From: the human T2T-CHM13v2.0 reference genome, Homo sapiens
Assembly (NCBI GenBank): GCA_009914755.4
Contig: CP086569.2
Span: 18,400,001 to 18,464,000, forward strand
Length of the DNA: 64,000 bases
Direction: 5' to 3'
The notes below the pieces were generated by a model, which saw only the letters and a list, made by a program, of their open reading frames with translations, had not been told where the DNA came from and did no database searches. Every line of letters begins with the position of its first letter. Position 1 is the stretch's first letter. The position numbers and the translations under genes were made by a program. This document shows positions 18,870 through 29,860 of the stretch, one piece after another.

Positions 18870-19300
18870 TATGTGTTGCTTTGAACTGTTTCTTTACATC
18901 CCTTGTCCATTTTTCAATTTGACTGCTAGTCTTTTAATAATTTAGGATATATATATATTACGTAAATTAGCTTTTTGTCTGTCACGTATGTTGCAGATCT
19001 ATTTCCACAGTCTATGAGTCATTTGAAGTATTTTTCTCTCATAGAAAGTTTGAATTTTTATGGAGTCAACTGCATCAGTCTTCTATTCAAAGACTTATTT
19101 ATGGGTATAGTCTTTCAGTTTAGGACGATAAAGAAGTTGTAGATACGGATTAAGGAGATGGTTTTACAACACTGTGAATATACTGAACTGTGCATTTAAA
19201 CATGGAAAAAATAGTAAGTTTTATGTTATATATATTTTACCACCAAAAAAGGGTCAGGCTTAGATGTTTATAGGTTAGGGGTTTGTTGTACCTTTAACAT
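18870..19300 (-). mobile_element. Old L1 fragment (ORF2 3' region) in reverse orientation
   Basis: Resembles the reverse complement of the L1 ORF2 C-terminal region ('…ctgcatcagtcttctattcaaagacttatttatgggtatagtctttcagttt…ggtcaggcttagatg'). Confidence 0.45.
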
Positions 19301-20009
19301 TTATTCCCCTCCAGGGCTTTACTTTATAAAACACCCACACAAGAAAAGTAGATACTGACTTCACAAATCTCATTACAAGTCCCACAGCAGAGGCTGCCTT
19401 GGAAAACAGAGGTGGAAAAAGTCACAGAAACTTGAGGTCAATGTGAGACCTCCCATCCCCTACTCAGAAATCAGATGAGGGAATGCATGCATGCAGGCTG
19501 AGCTGGATAGATGAGATGGGGTGGGCAGAACAGTCCTCCAATCAGCCTAGACCTTAAGTGCTCTCACGTGCTCTCAGGCATGTATCAAACCAAGAAAGCA
19601 GGCTAGGAGGATAACACATCTACCTTTATACAGGGAGCTATGAAATATCTGAGATGAGCAAGTGATTCACAAGGAGACAGAAGCAGTATGACCTTTACCC
19701 TGTGACCCGGTTCAATTATTTCAGGCTCTCATTAACCAGGCGAGCTCCTCTTTCTCTCAGAGGTAGGTAAACTTGAGGGGGTAAAGTAGGATTTGGGATT
19801 TGGGGATAATGGAAAAGAAAGCCTGGTAATATTTCTTCTATCTCTGTTTTAAATAAAAAGTAAAACATAAATGCCCTTTCTCAGGGCCCAAATGTTAGGC
19901 AAAAACAATGTTTGTCATCTCAGTACACACATGGTCATTTATTCTTTCCCTCTGCATGTTGTGCGCTTTTTCAGTTTATAATGTCCCTGATCCACTTGTC
20001 TCATACTAG

Positions 20010-20140
20010 CTGCAAACAAGGAAACTGAATGTCACACCAGGTGGCCAGCATTTCTGTGAAGGGCAGAAACCGGGGCAGCCAAACAGCTGGCAGAGGCCAG
20101 CTAGTAAGTACCTGATGCCCACTCCGTAGAGGACTCCACA
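20010..20140 (+). mobile_element. Possible MIR (SINE) core fragment
   Basis: '…ggaaactgaatgtcacaccaggtggcc…cagctggcagaggccagctagtaagt…' resembles the MIR core 'ggaaactgaggcacagag…cacacagctagtaagtggcagag'. The match is weak. Confidence 0.3.
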
Positions 20141-23100
20141 CTTAAAAGACCAAATAAGCAAGTGTCAGGCTGACTCACTTGTTATCCCCCCAAATAAAAA
20201 AATAAAAGTAACCCCTCCAGGGAAAGTGTGTGTGTACATGCCAAAGTACATGCACACAGTTACATGCAAAGGGGAAAGTCTGGGAAGGAAGAAAACCCAC
20301 CCCTGAACACAAGTTACTTGTGGGGAAGGGGCAGGTGAAGCCAACTGTCAGCATTTCTTACCTTTTCAACAGATGAGCTTGCATGAATTTTGGTAATTTC
20401 TCATAAAAAGGCAATTTTCACTCCTTGGGTGATCACCCAGGTCTTTCAAAACTGAGCCACCAACAACCACCTGTACCACTTGACAGGAAGCCAAATAATG
20501 GCTTCCATCAAAGCTCAGCCCTCCCACCCACCTCCCAGTCCTGTCCCATGCAGGGGGGTACTGGACTGCTGGGGTCCAAGGGTCCAGGCCAAACCCAACC
20601 CACAGATTGTTGGTGAAACCAGCATTCATCCAAGGGCCTTTCCGCAACTTGGGCCATGTGCTCACTGCATAAGTATGCCTGTGCTTGTTCCCCTAGGACA
20701 AAGACTCCCTTTTCTTACAGCTGGAATGAGGGGTGGGGAGATTTCATGGTGTCCTGTACAGGTTGGATGTTAATCTGATGTGGTGCTCTTGGAGAAGCTT
20801 GCCTGAGTCAGGTGCTTTCTCATCCTGTGGTGTGTGCTTCCCCTTCAAGCTGCAGAAGTCCCTGAAGGTAAGTGCTAATGCAACCCCCATCTACTGGTGA
20901 GCAGAGGTCAGGTGATCTGCAGCCGTCCAAGCAGCTGCTAAGTGACCAACAGGCTGGATCTGCATCTCACTTGCAGAGGCCCTGCGTGGCTGCTGTGGCT
21001 GCCCTGAGACTCGTTCTGCCTCCTCTTCCCTCCACAGCTCTCCCAGCTTCTACCCACAGCTGTGCTCCAGGTGAGAAACACTTATGGATGCACCAGGGTG
21101 TAACTACTCAGACTTCTGCATGCAGAAGGGCCCCTGATCCATGCTGTTTCCATATCCAAGCCCAAACTTGTCTAGAGCTTCAGCAAATCCAAGCCCTCTG
21201 AATTCCCTGCAAGACCAAACTGAGCCCTACAACCGCCACTACACTGATTAGCTGCCAGCCCCTGCTCCCTCCTGGGCCCCTGTCTATAGTGTTCTGAAGT
21301 CCTACAAGAATGTTGAGTTCCTAAGCCAACTCTCACCCAAACAGGTAAACAACCAGGGGCCTCCAGGGGTAGAGAACCTAGCCAGACAGGTTCTGCTGCC
21401 TGTAGACTTGATGTCCTTCCCCCACAACATGCCATGCTTGCCAGGCTGGAAGGGGGTCTCCAGATACTTGGGAAATCTGGGCCTGTAGCTGGCATATGGA
21501 GAAGAGGCCTGGAAAAGCACTACTCCTGTCCATGAAGCCCCCAGATGGAACCAGGTAATTGGGAAATACATGGGTACCAAGCCTAATCCACATTCAGACC
21601 CGATGGGAACTGCAGCAGGGACTCGCCCTCTGTGCAACTCTGGGTGTACCACTTCAGAAGGACCATCTGATCCCATGTGTCATTGGAGATACTACATGTG
21701 GGCAGGTTCCAGTGGTTGCTTCAGCTGAACCTTCCCAACCAGGTCCACACAAAAACATTTCATATGGGGGCACACCTGGGTGGGCAAGCACACCCCTCAG
21801 AGAGTGAGAGCCACTGAGGAGGGCTGTCACAGAGGCCCCTTTTCCTGCTCTGAGAACAGGTTAAGGGAGTATGGGGGACCTCTGCCACCTCCTAGCTGCT
21901 TCCAGGAGCCACTTCTTTCAAGATGAGGCACTCTCCTGCTTGCCTGTTGCCATTTGGCTGCAAAAGGCCATTGCCAACATTCAATGAAGAAAAAGAAAGG
22001 GGCCTCACCTGTTTTCCCTGACACACCTGAGGCAGGTGGGTATGCCCAGGGTTCCTGCGGTAGAACCTGTACATCTGCCGACCCCCAGGCTATGCTGGCT
22101 TCATTTTATCTGTGTGATGAGGGTGGGGTGGGAATTACCAAGAGGTAATTACACAGGCCACCGACAAATTCTACAAGAGCTAGGTAGAAAAGCACTGTCT
22201 TGTCAGGCTGCCCAGCACCCAGCTCACACACACACATCTCTTGACAGCTTCCCCAAAGCAGGCTTTGAAGTCCAGGCTCCCCAGGAAGCCTGGGGTGGAG
22301 ACTCTGCCAGGCTAAAGGACCTATCCCCAAAGGTGACACCCTCACCAGTCTCATCCTGACAATCTTGGATTATTTTTGCCCTGAAGTTTTGAAGTGGGAG
22401 ACAGAGAGACAGCAGACAGTGTGTATTAACCACCTTTCCAGAGAGCATCAGCCCTCCAGACTGGGGCAGGTAAGACCTCCACTTGTGTGTTTTTCTCACT
22501 GATTGCCAGATGGGGGAAACAGCACTTGTGAGCATCTGCCTGTCTCCCCAGGTCCTGTTCAGAAACCCCATCTTTGCCTTTGGAGAGACTGCCCCGAGCA
22601 CACAGGCCCAGCAACCACCATCTATGGCCCCCAGGACCTAATAACCTTCTACATAGGGTTCAGTGCATGTGAGCAGACACTGGACTTGATTCCTGCCCAA
22701 CAGTCCCTGCCAGATACCCCATGCCCACCTCATTAAGAGAATGAAGACACACGTTCACACCCAGTCCATCATGGTGATAGAGTGGCTGGGGTCCTACTTT
22801 GCCACCCTTCAATGCTGGTTCATAATCAGCTGTCTGACCACGTTCCTACCCTGAGGTAGGACTTTGGGACATTGTCCACCAGGGTCACTGACCACTTTTA
22901 AAGTTCCAGAAACAGAGGGCCAGCTATTCCCCTGGAAGTTTGCTACATGGGATAAGCCAAGGCTTGCCTTCAGGAACAGGTTTCCCATCACATAGCTGCC
23001 CAAGTCCCAGGGCATCCATACGTTCATGTGAATACTACTTGCCACATCCACAGCCCATGCCAACCCCTCCTGGAGCCAGCCGAATGCTTGTTACTGGGCA

Positions 23101-23368
23101 TGTGATAAGCCCAGACAGCTTCAGCCTTGCAGGACAACTAAGGGCATCTAGCAGCAGTAGCCAGAGAGCCTAAAGAAAGAAGTTAGAGGTGAAACCAGAT
23201 GTTATGAGAGTACTTTAGTAGGCAAAATCGCATACTATAAAAATGCTTTAAAATACATCAGGAGAAGATGAGAAGACACAAATGAACAATTGCGTAGTGA
23301 CACAGGGCTGTCAGAACACAAAAAAGAATCCACATAGTTTCCATCCTTTCCCCAAGAAAAGGAAAGCT

Positions 23369-24420
23369 CTAGGCCACCTCCTCCTCAGCACACTCCTCAA
23401 ACTCCTCCTCCTCAGCCTTGGCATCCTGGTACTGCTAATTTTCAGACACCAGGTCATTCATGTTGCTCTCAGCCTCAGTGAACTCCATCTCATCCAAGCC
23501 CTCGCCCGTGTACCAGTGGAGGAAGACCTTGCACTTGAACATTGCTGTAATCTCTTCTGAGACATGCTTGAAGATTTCCTGGATAACAATGCTGTTGCCC
23601 ATGAAGGTGGCCAACATTTTTAGCCCCTGGGGTGGGATGTGACAGATGGCTGTTTTTACGTTGTGGGGGAGCCAGTCAGCAAAGTAGCTGCTGTTTTATT
23701 TTGAATGTTGAACATTTGTCCATCCACCTCCCTCATGGGCATGCAACCCCTGAAAATGGCAGCCACCATTAGGTAGCAGCCATGACAGGGGCAGCCATCA
23801 TATTCTTAGCATAAAACATCTGCTGAGTAAGCTCAGCCACAGTCAGGGCCTGGTAATGCTGGCTGCCCCGGCTGGTCAGTGGGGCAAAGCCAGGCATGAA
23901 GAAATGCAGCCTGGGAAATGGGACCATGTTCACAGACAGCTTCTGTAGGTCAGCATTCAGCTGACCTGGGAAGCCCAGGCACATGGTGACCCCACTCATG
24001 GTAGCAGATAACAGGTGGTTCATGTCACCATAGGTAGGTGTGGGCAGTTTTAGGGTTCTGGAATAGATGTCATATAGAGCTTCATTATCTATGCAAAAGG
24101 TCTTATCTGCATTTTCTATGAGTTTCTATGGTGGACTGACAGGGTGGCATTGTAGAGTTCCACCATGGTGTCTGACACCTTGGGCGAGGACAGGATGCTG
24201 AATGTGTTTATGATCCTGTCTGAATACTCCTCCCAGATCTTACTAACGAGAAGGGTACCCATCCCAGATGCAGTTCCCCTACCCAGGGAGTGGGTCAGCT
24301 GGAAACCCTGCAGGCATTCACAGCTCTCACACTGCTTTCAGACAATGTCCATCGCTGACTCCATCAGCTCCGCACCTTCTGTATAGTGCCCCTTGGCCTT
24401 GTTTCAAGCCCCACACTGAC
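23369..24420 (-). pseudogene. β-tubulin pseudogene exon 4 (about 1052 nt instead of 1061); multiple stops and frameshifts; terminal TAG at 23369-23371
   Basis: Acceptor 'tcatacag|GTCAGTGTGGGGCT…'. The ORF-track fragments 23769-24023(-) '[72 protein letters not shown]' and 23435-23617(-) 'ATFMGNS…[32 protein letters not shown]' match β-tubulin. Confidence 0.85.
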
Positions 24421-24913
24421 CTGTATGACAGTACAGTCAGTCACTTGAGTGCCAGGTGTATGGTCATCAGTGGTCACCACCACAATGCAAAATGGACCAA
24501 GTGTCACATGTGAGGTGAAAGCACCATTCATCCTTCAGGTGGAGCAAATGAAACCCCGTACCGCAGAGTTACAGGACAGCAGCCTCCCCTTTTAGAAATT
24601 AAGTCAGGACTCAAAACTCAGACATGCTAAGAGACCTCGCTGTAGGTGGCTCCTACCTATTTTCAGGGAAGAGAGTAGCCACGGCCCCAGCTCAGCTCCC
24701 TGCAGGGAGTTTATAACACTAGCTCCTCACCTTGAGGAGACGCCTGGGGCTTCCTCCCGAAGCCCATTTAGGAGAGGCAGATTGAGCCATTGGGAGAATA
24801 GGAGGATGTTCAGGGGCCCTGGCTGCACAATTCCCACAGCTATGACCTTCAGGAACTACTAGATGAGCTGCTCCGGCTAAGGAGCCGCACCGCAGTCCTC
24901 ACTCGCAGCTCAC

Positions 24914-25023
24914 CAAAGATGAGGTTGTCGGCCTGAAGATGAGCCCGAAGGGCCCCGAGCGCAGAGAGTCCATGGTGACCGGCTCCAGGTCCACGAGCAC
25001 AGCGCAGGGCACGTACCAGCCAC
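24914..25023 (-). pseudogene. β-tubulin pseudogene exon 3 (110 nt instead of 111, a 1-nt deletion)
   Basis: Acceptor 'cag|GTGGCTGGTACGTGCCC…' and donor '…CATCTTTG|gtgagc'. The frame is lost near the 'FRPDNFIFG' region. Confidence 0.8.
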
Positions 25024-25103
25024 CTGAGTGGGACAGGAGGGTATTAGCGAGGGGGAGGGCCGCCGTTCCCAGGATGGCGATCGGAGAAGGTCTGGGTTCT
25101 CAC

Positions 25104-25212
25104 CGCTGGCCTCGTTGTAGTACACGTTGATGCGCTACAGCTGCAGGTTGCTCTCCCCGTGGTAGGTGCCAGCGGAGTCAATGGGATGTTCATCAGAGAT
25201 CACCCCCCAGAA
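25104..25212 (-). pseudogene. β-tubulin pseudogene exon 2 (109 nt) with an in-frame TAG stop at 25135-25137
   Basis: Acceptor 'ttgtag|TTCTGGGGGGTGATC…' and donor '…GCCAGCG|gtgaga'. The stop replaces the Glu of the conserved '[11 protein letters not shown]' motif. Confidence 0.85.
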
Positions 25213-25517
25213 CTACAAGAGATTGGGTGGGGTCAGACAGACCAGGGCTGAGTCACGGAGGCCAGGGAGCTGGAGGCGCCCCAGCCCCTCTCCTAGCTCC
25301 TCTACCACCCCCACCCTCATCCGCAACCACATCCCTAGGCTGCCGTGTCCCTGGGGTCCACCCCTGCCGACTAGTCAGCCTCCCAGTTCCACTGCGTCCC
25401 CGGCAGGGAGCCCAGGGGCTGCAATTCAGGGGCACCGCCCAAGCCACTGCCACTGCCAACATCTTCCCTGGCCACCCAGTAGGCCGGAGCTGGGACCTCA
25501 GAGCCCCGGATGCCAAC

Positions 25518-25574
25518 CTTGGCACCGATCTTCTTCCCGCACTGCCGGGTCTGCGTGAGCGCAATCTCCCTCAT
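25518..25574 (-). pseudogene. β-tubulin pseudogene exon 1 (19 codons, MREI…IGAK), followed by a gt donor at 25516-25517
   Basis: The reverse complement reads 'atgagggagattgcgctcacgcagacccggcagtgcgggaagaagatcggtgccaag|gttggc'. Confidence 0.85.
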
Positions 25575-25649
25575 GGCCAAGGCGGGATTAGGGCGGCAGG
25601 AGAAATGCGAGAAGGAAGAGCAGATGTGCAGCGACCCAGCCCGCCCTCT

Positions 25650-25700
25650 GCCAACATTTAAATAGACCCTCGCCCGCCTCCCTCAACCTCGGATTGGGCT
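25650..25700 (-). promoter_or_regulatory. Putative core promoter of the tubulin pseudogene: TATA-like 'TATTTAAAT' (25656-25664, minus strand) about 85 nt upstream of the ATG, and a CCAAT box (25693-25697, minus strand)
   Basis: Plus-strand 'ccaacatttaaatagaccc' and '…ggattgggctc' read as 'ctatttaaatgttgg' and '…cccaatcc' on the gene strand. The spacing is appropriate for a TATA/CCAAT promoter. Confidence 0.45.
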
Positions 25701-27269
25701 CCCAGAATAAGCAACAGCTTTACTTCCACACAGGTGTACCCACCTGTGAGTCCCTTGGAGCTGAACGTCTGCTGGGGAGCTCAGGTGGCCTTGCTGTGGT
25801 CCTTTCCACGTTGGGGAAAGCTGGTCAGCTGGAGAACTTCCTCCCTCGTCTTTACTAAGATTAAATCCCTAGCTGACATGAAACTGAATTTTCCTCCCAT
25901 GTGGGAGGGGAAGCCTCTTATTTCGGTATTCACAGAGTGCCTTGCACCTATCCTAGACTGATGACATATTTTTGTACTTGATGAGTCTTTTCATCTATTG
26001 GGAGATCTGTGGTAGGAAAGGCCTTCCATATGTAAACACAACAAGACTTAATGGTAAGTTTTACTTTGGAGCAGTTCAAACCCTCAGTAAGTTATGGGTG
26101 TTAGAGATATTAGGCATTTGATTTAGCATGAGTCTTCTTTAGAGTAGGATTAGCCCTTTCACCTTTCCAGAGGACTGCGGTCTTTACGCAGAGTGAAAGT
26201 AATACTGGATTCCTAAAGCTGAGGATAGGTGTTGGGATACACTGAAAATGGACCATTGTCACTTTGCAGGCTTTTAGATTACTCAGACTGATAAGTTATT
26301 TCTTCTGGCAACGATCTAACCAGTGAAGGTATCAGTAAGAGTTAGCAAATATTTGAATCTCCTGCAGAAAGACATCTGAGTAAATTAGAGTTGCCAGTTC
26401 TCACCTGGATAGATTCATCAATATTGGACACGTTTAACTGGAGAAGGAGAAAATTGCTGGCCTTTGGGACATGTCAGGCGCAGAGCTCACAGGGGTGAGC
26501 CACCTGTTTTATTGTCTTGAAAAGATTTACCCCTATAAACAAATGAGATATTAACAGAAACAAAGAATCTCTTCTAGGATGAAAATAATCATAAAGTGCT
26601 GAATTATATTCCTATGATTGGTACTTGGCATTAGTAATTTATTACCATCGTTCAGCGGGCCAGAGGGGTCCTGGACTGAACTGCAATCCCTGGCCCAATT
26701 TTGTACTTCTTCAGAGTATTCTGACCCTATGTTCTGTGAATGCTAATCAGCACACCCATAGCTTAATTGGCCTTTTCAGTCCAGGGGCCTTGACTGCAGC
26801 ATCTACCAGGGCATTTCCTTTTACATGGTCCGTCTCTGTTTTGATGACCTCTGCAATTAATTATAGTCAGTTTTGGCAGCAAAACAGCATTCTAAGAAGC
26901 TAAAAATCTGAATGATGTTCTATGGAAAAGCCCTTGGGAGCCAGGGGTAGTTACCCATTCCAAATTGCAGCGTAAGAATGAAGCACTAAAAAATCATAGT
27001 TGGAATCAGTGTAAGTGTTAACGTTTAAATGCTTTACCAACTGCAGGGGCCTAGTAAGTTCAATTAACTCAGCTTTCTGAGCTGAGGTAGAGGCCAGCAA
27101 TGCTTGTGCCTTGATTCTCTTGTGCTAATAAGTATATCTAGCTCTTCTGTTTTCCCTGATGCAAAAAAGAACTTGCGTCTGTTAACCACTCTTCCTTGGG
27201 ATGGTCAAGGGGCAAGGGGCTCATCTCTTGTAAGTCTGGCCTCCTAGAATAAATTTGTTTTATAACCTG

Positions 27270-27436
27270 TGACATGATTTTGCTGTGTCCCCAGTCAAAT
27301 CTTATCTTGAATTGTAGCTCCCATAATTCCCATATATCATGGCAGTGACCCAGGGGGAGGTAATTGAATTGGGGGATGAGTCTTTCCCATGCTGTTCTCG
27401 TGACAGTGAATAAGCCTCATGAGATCTAATGGTTTG

Positions 27437-27467
<31 letters not shown>

Positions 27468-27944
27468 TTATTTTTGAGACATAGTCTTTCTCTGCTGCCC
27501 AGGCTAGAACGCAATAGCATGATCTCAGCTCCCTGCAACTTCTGACTTCCAAGTTCCAGCTATTCTCCTGTCTCAGCCTCCTGAGTAGCTGAGATTACAG
27601 GTGCCCACCACCATGCCTGGCTAATTTTTGTAGTTTTAGTACAGATGGGATTTCACCATGTTTGCCAGGCTGGTCTCAAACTCCTGACCTCAGGTGATCC
27701 ACCACCTTGGCCTCCCAAAATGATGGGATTACAGCTGGTGGCTTTATAAAAGGGAGTTTCCCTACACAATCTCTTTTGCCTGCTGCCATGTAAGAGATGT
27801 GACTTTGCTCCTCATTTGCCTTCTGCCGTGAGTGTGAGGCCTCCACAATCATGTAGAACTGTGAGTCAATTAAACCTCTTTTCTTTATAAATTACCCAGC
27901 CTCAGATATGTGTTTATTAGTAGCATGAGAATAGACTGATACAA
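27270..27944 (+). mobile_element. MaLR LTR (THE1/MST-like), interrupted by an Alu at 27437-27734
   Basis: Starts 'tgacatgattttgctgtgtccccagtcaaatcttatcttgaattgtagctcccataattccca…gggaggtaattgaat…' and resumes after the Alu with '…tttataaaagggagtttccc…gccatgtaagagatgtgactttgctcc…gtgaggcctccacaatcatgtagaactgtgagtcaattaaacctcttttctttataaattacccagcctcag…gcatgagaatagactgatacaa'. This is canonical THE1/MST LTR text. Confidence 0.8.
27437..27734 (-). mobile_element. Alu (reverse orientation) nested inside the MaLR LTR
   Basis: T-rich tail then 'gagacatagtctttctctgctgcccaggctagaacgcaatagcatgatctcagctccctgcaac…cctcccaaaatgatgggattacag'. Confidence 0.9.
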
Positions 27945-28649
27945 CCTGTATGCCAGAAAGGCTGGGAGCACCTGTGGACTCTGGCAGATAAGTAGCTGTG
28001 TTTATGGTTTGACAGGCTTTAAGAGTTATGTCTGGAGTGTCTAGCAATTAGGCCTGATACCTTCATAAATATTCTCCTATTATCCACTGGTGCCATTTAG
28101 CTTCTAGGAAGACCTTCCCTTGATGTGGGGTCAAAAACCTGTAGGTGCTGTCCTAATGTTAGTTTATTAGTTTTACCTACTAGAAAAGTTGTAGCAGCAA
28201 TAGCTCTAAGACATTAAGACCACCCTGAGGCCACCTGGTCTATCTGCTTAGAAAATTAGGTTACTGGCCTTGGAATATTCCCCAGTTTTGTGACAAGATT
28301 ACCGAAGGCCTATGCCTTGCTTTTTGGCCACATAAAGCACAAATGGTTGATCCAACCTGGGGACTCCCACAACTGCAGCAGAGCCCAATTTCTCCTTAAA
28401 AGTATTGAAGTTTTGCTTGTAGCTCTAATTACATTCTAGGAGCTCTAAATCTTTCTCTTTAGTGTATCATATAAGGGTTGGCTACATGTCCAAATCTGGG
28501 TACCCATAAGTAGCAGTACCCAGCCATCTCCTAAAACAGCCCAACAGTCATTTCTTGGACTGGGACCCTCACATGACTAAAATAACTTTTTATCTTCTAG
28601 GGATGTTGATCAGTTCCAAAGGTTAAGACAGATTCCAAATATTTAAGTC

Positions 28650-29860
28650 TTTCAGTCAAAATCTGAGCCCTGTATGGTGATATCTTATATTTGCAAATTC
28701 CCAGGAAATTTACCAATTTAACAGTTTTATTATTTGAGTCTTCTTTAGTTGGACTAGCAATGAGCAAGTCACCTGCATACTGAATAATTGTGTCCTTTGC
28801 AATCGTAGATTTCTTAAGTCCTTAGCTAGAGCATTTTCTAATAAGTGGGGGCTATCCCAGAACCCTTCAGAGATGCCTGTCCAGGTTAATTTTGAGGCTG
28901 AATGCATATACAGATCAGTCCATTCTAAGGCAAACATATTGTGAAACTGGATGCACTGAAATGCAGAAAAATTCATCTTTCAGGTTTAAGAATGTAAACC
29001 ACTTTGCATCCCCTGGGACTTGGGTAAGTATTGGGGACAATGAGGTGTATGGAGACAACTGCGTTTATTAATGCTGTAAGGTTTCTGACAAATCTGTATT
29101 TTCCATCAGGCTTTTCATCTGGTAACATGCAAGTATTGTAAGGAGACTCTCATGGCCTTAATAACTCATATGACAATAATATGGCGATAAGGGTTTGAAT
29201 TTCCCCTCATGCTTCTCGCCTTAAAATGTATTGTCTCTTCTGAGGGTGAGGAGCACTAGGCTGAAGTTGGATTTGAATGTGGGAGGTGTTTAGTGCATTT
29301 CCCAGAGCTTGTGTGGCCCAAACCTTAGGATTTACTTGAGACAACAGCTCAGGTGGTAAATGTGACAGCTCATTCTTAACTTCTTTTTCCCCTGAGGGGT
29401 CAGGAACAAAAGTAACACTTTCTCTGCTTTATGATCTGTGAAGGTGACCATGACATAGTCTCCTGATTCAATAAACCTCTCCCCAGTAAGAGGTCAGGCA
29501 TTCAGACAGTACTAAAAAGGCAGGTGAGAAACACAGAATCCCTGGAGGACAACTTAGAAGATAAGAAAAGCAGTGTTTTTGGGCTTGTCCATCGTGAGAA
29601 GACAGGAGCCAATTGTATTTACTCAGGACGGAGTCATCTGTTCCCATACTTAATAAGAAGTTAATAATCCTACCTTCCACTTCAAGAGTCGGCTGAGGCT
29701 CTTCCATCTCTCGATAGGTAATAGTCCAATGAGAGCAGATGCAGGAAGTATCAGGCCCTACCACTTTTGGATCTGCTGGGTGCTGATGATGGCTCCCTTG
29801 GAAGCACAGTGTATTTCCTTCGGCAGTGGCTGACCTTCTTACAGAAGTCACATTGATTTA
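28650..29860 (-). mobile_element. Class I (gammaretrovirus-like) endogenous retrovirus internal fragment, a protease-RT segment of pol; degenerate
   Basis: Minus-strand translation of about 28640-28785 reads 'TIIQYAGDLLIASPTKEDSNNKTVKLVNFLGICKYKISPYRAQILTERLKYLESVL', which aligns to MLV RT '[55 protein letters not shown]' (the YXDD box). ORF 29468-29851(-) carries '…PTLEVEGRIINFLLSMGTDDSVLS…', which aligns to MLV protease '…[24 protein letters not shown]'. Protease-to-RT spacing of about 290 aa is as expected. Confidence 0.6.

Larger units (their letters stand above)
23369..25574 (-). pseudogene. β-tubulin unprocessed (intron-containing) pseudogene, TUBB8-like (TUBB8P family); four exons, disabled by a premature stop and frameshifts
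   Basis: Exon 1 encodes MREIALTQTRQCGKKIGAK and ends at a gt donor. Exon 2 encodes [36 protein letters not shown]. Exon 3 encodes [25 protein letters not shown]… Exon 4 runs QCGA…GHYTEGAELMES… to …SSYFADWLP…[27 protein letters not shown]…EEEVA* (TAG at 23369-23371). 'VLTQ', 'IDSAGTYHG', 'ELMESVMD', 'YFADWLP' and the '…AEEEVA' C-terminus are diagnostic of TUBB8 rather than other β-tubulins. Exon sizes of 57, 109 and 110 nt (111 expected) plus about 1052 nt (1061 expected) fit the canonical vertebrate β-tubulin gene structure. Confidence 0.9.

Noticed and set aside
20366-22736. Multiple 60-125 aa ORFs on both strands (e.g. 20366-20665-, 20872-21201+, 21302-21676-, 22036-22359+, 22224-22601-) as candidate novel genes
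   Set aside because: They overlap each other on opposite strands and are Pro/Gly/Ser/Ala-rich, as expected from GC-rich non-coding DNA. They have no recognisable domain, and no start-context or splice signals were noted. They are kept only as a flagged region (finding on 20366-23160).
23160-23369. Polyadenylation signal for the tubulin pseudogene
   Set aside because: I found no canonical AATAAA (as 'tttatt' on the plus strand) within the 200 bp 3' of the stop codon, so no terminator or poly(A) feature was asserted.
25166-25661. Overlapping ORFs of 103-144 aa (25166-25558+, 25227-25661+, 25253-25564-)
   Set aside because: They lie over the GC-rich exon 1, intron 1 and promoter of the tubulin pseudogene. 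They are Pro/Arg/Gly-rich antisense or alternate-frame artefacts. The real coding frame is the short MREI… exon on the minus strand.
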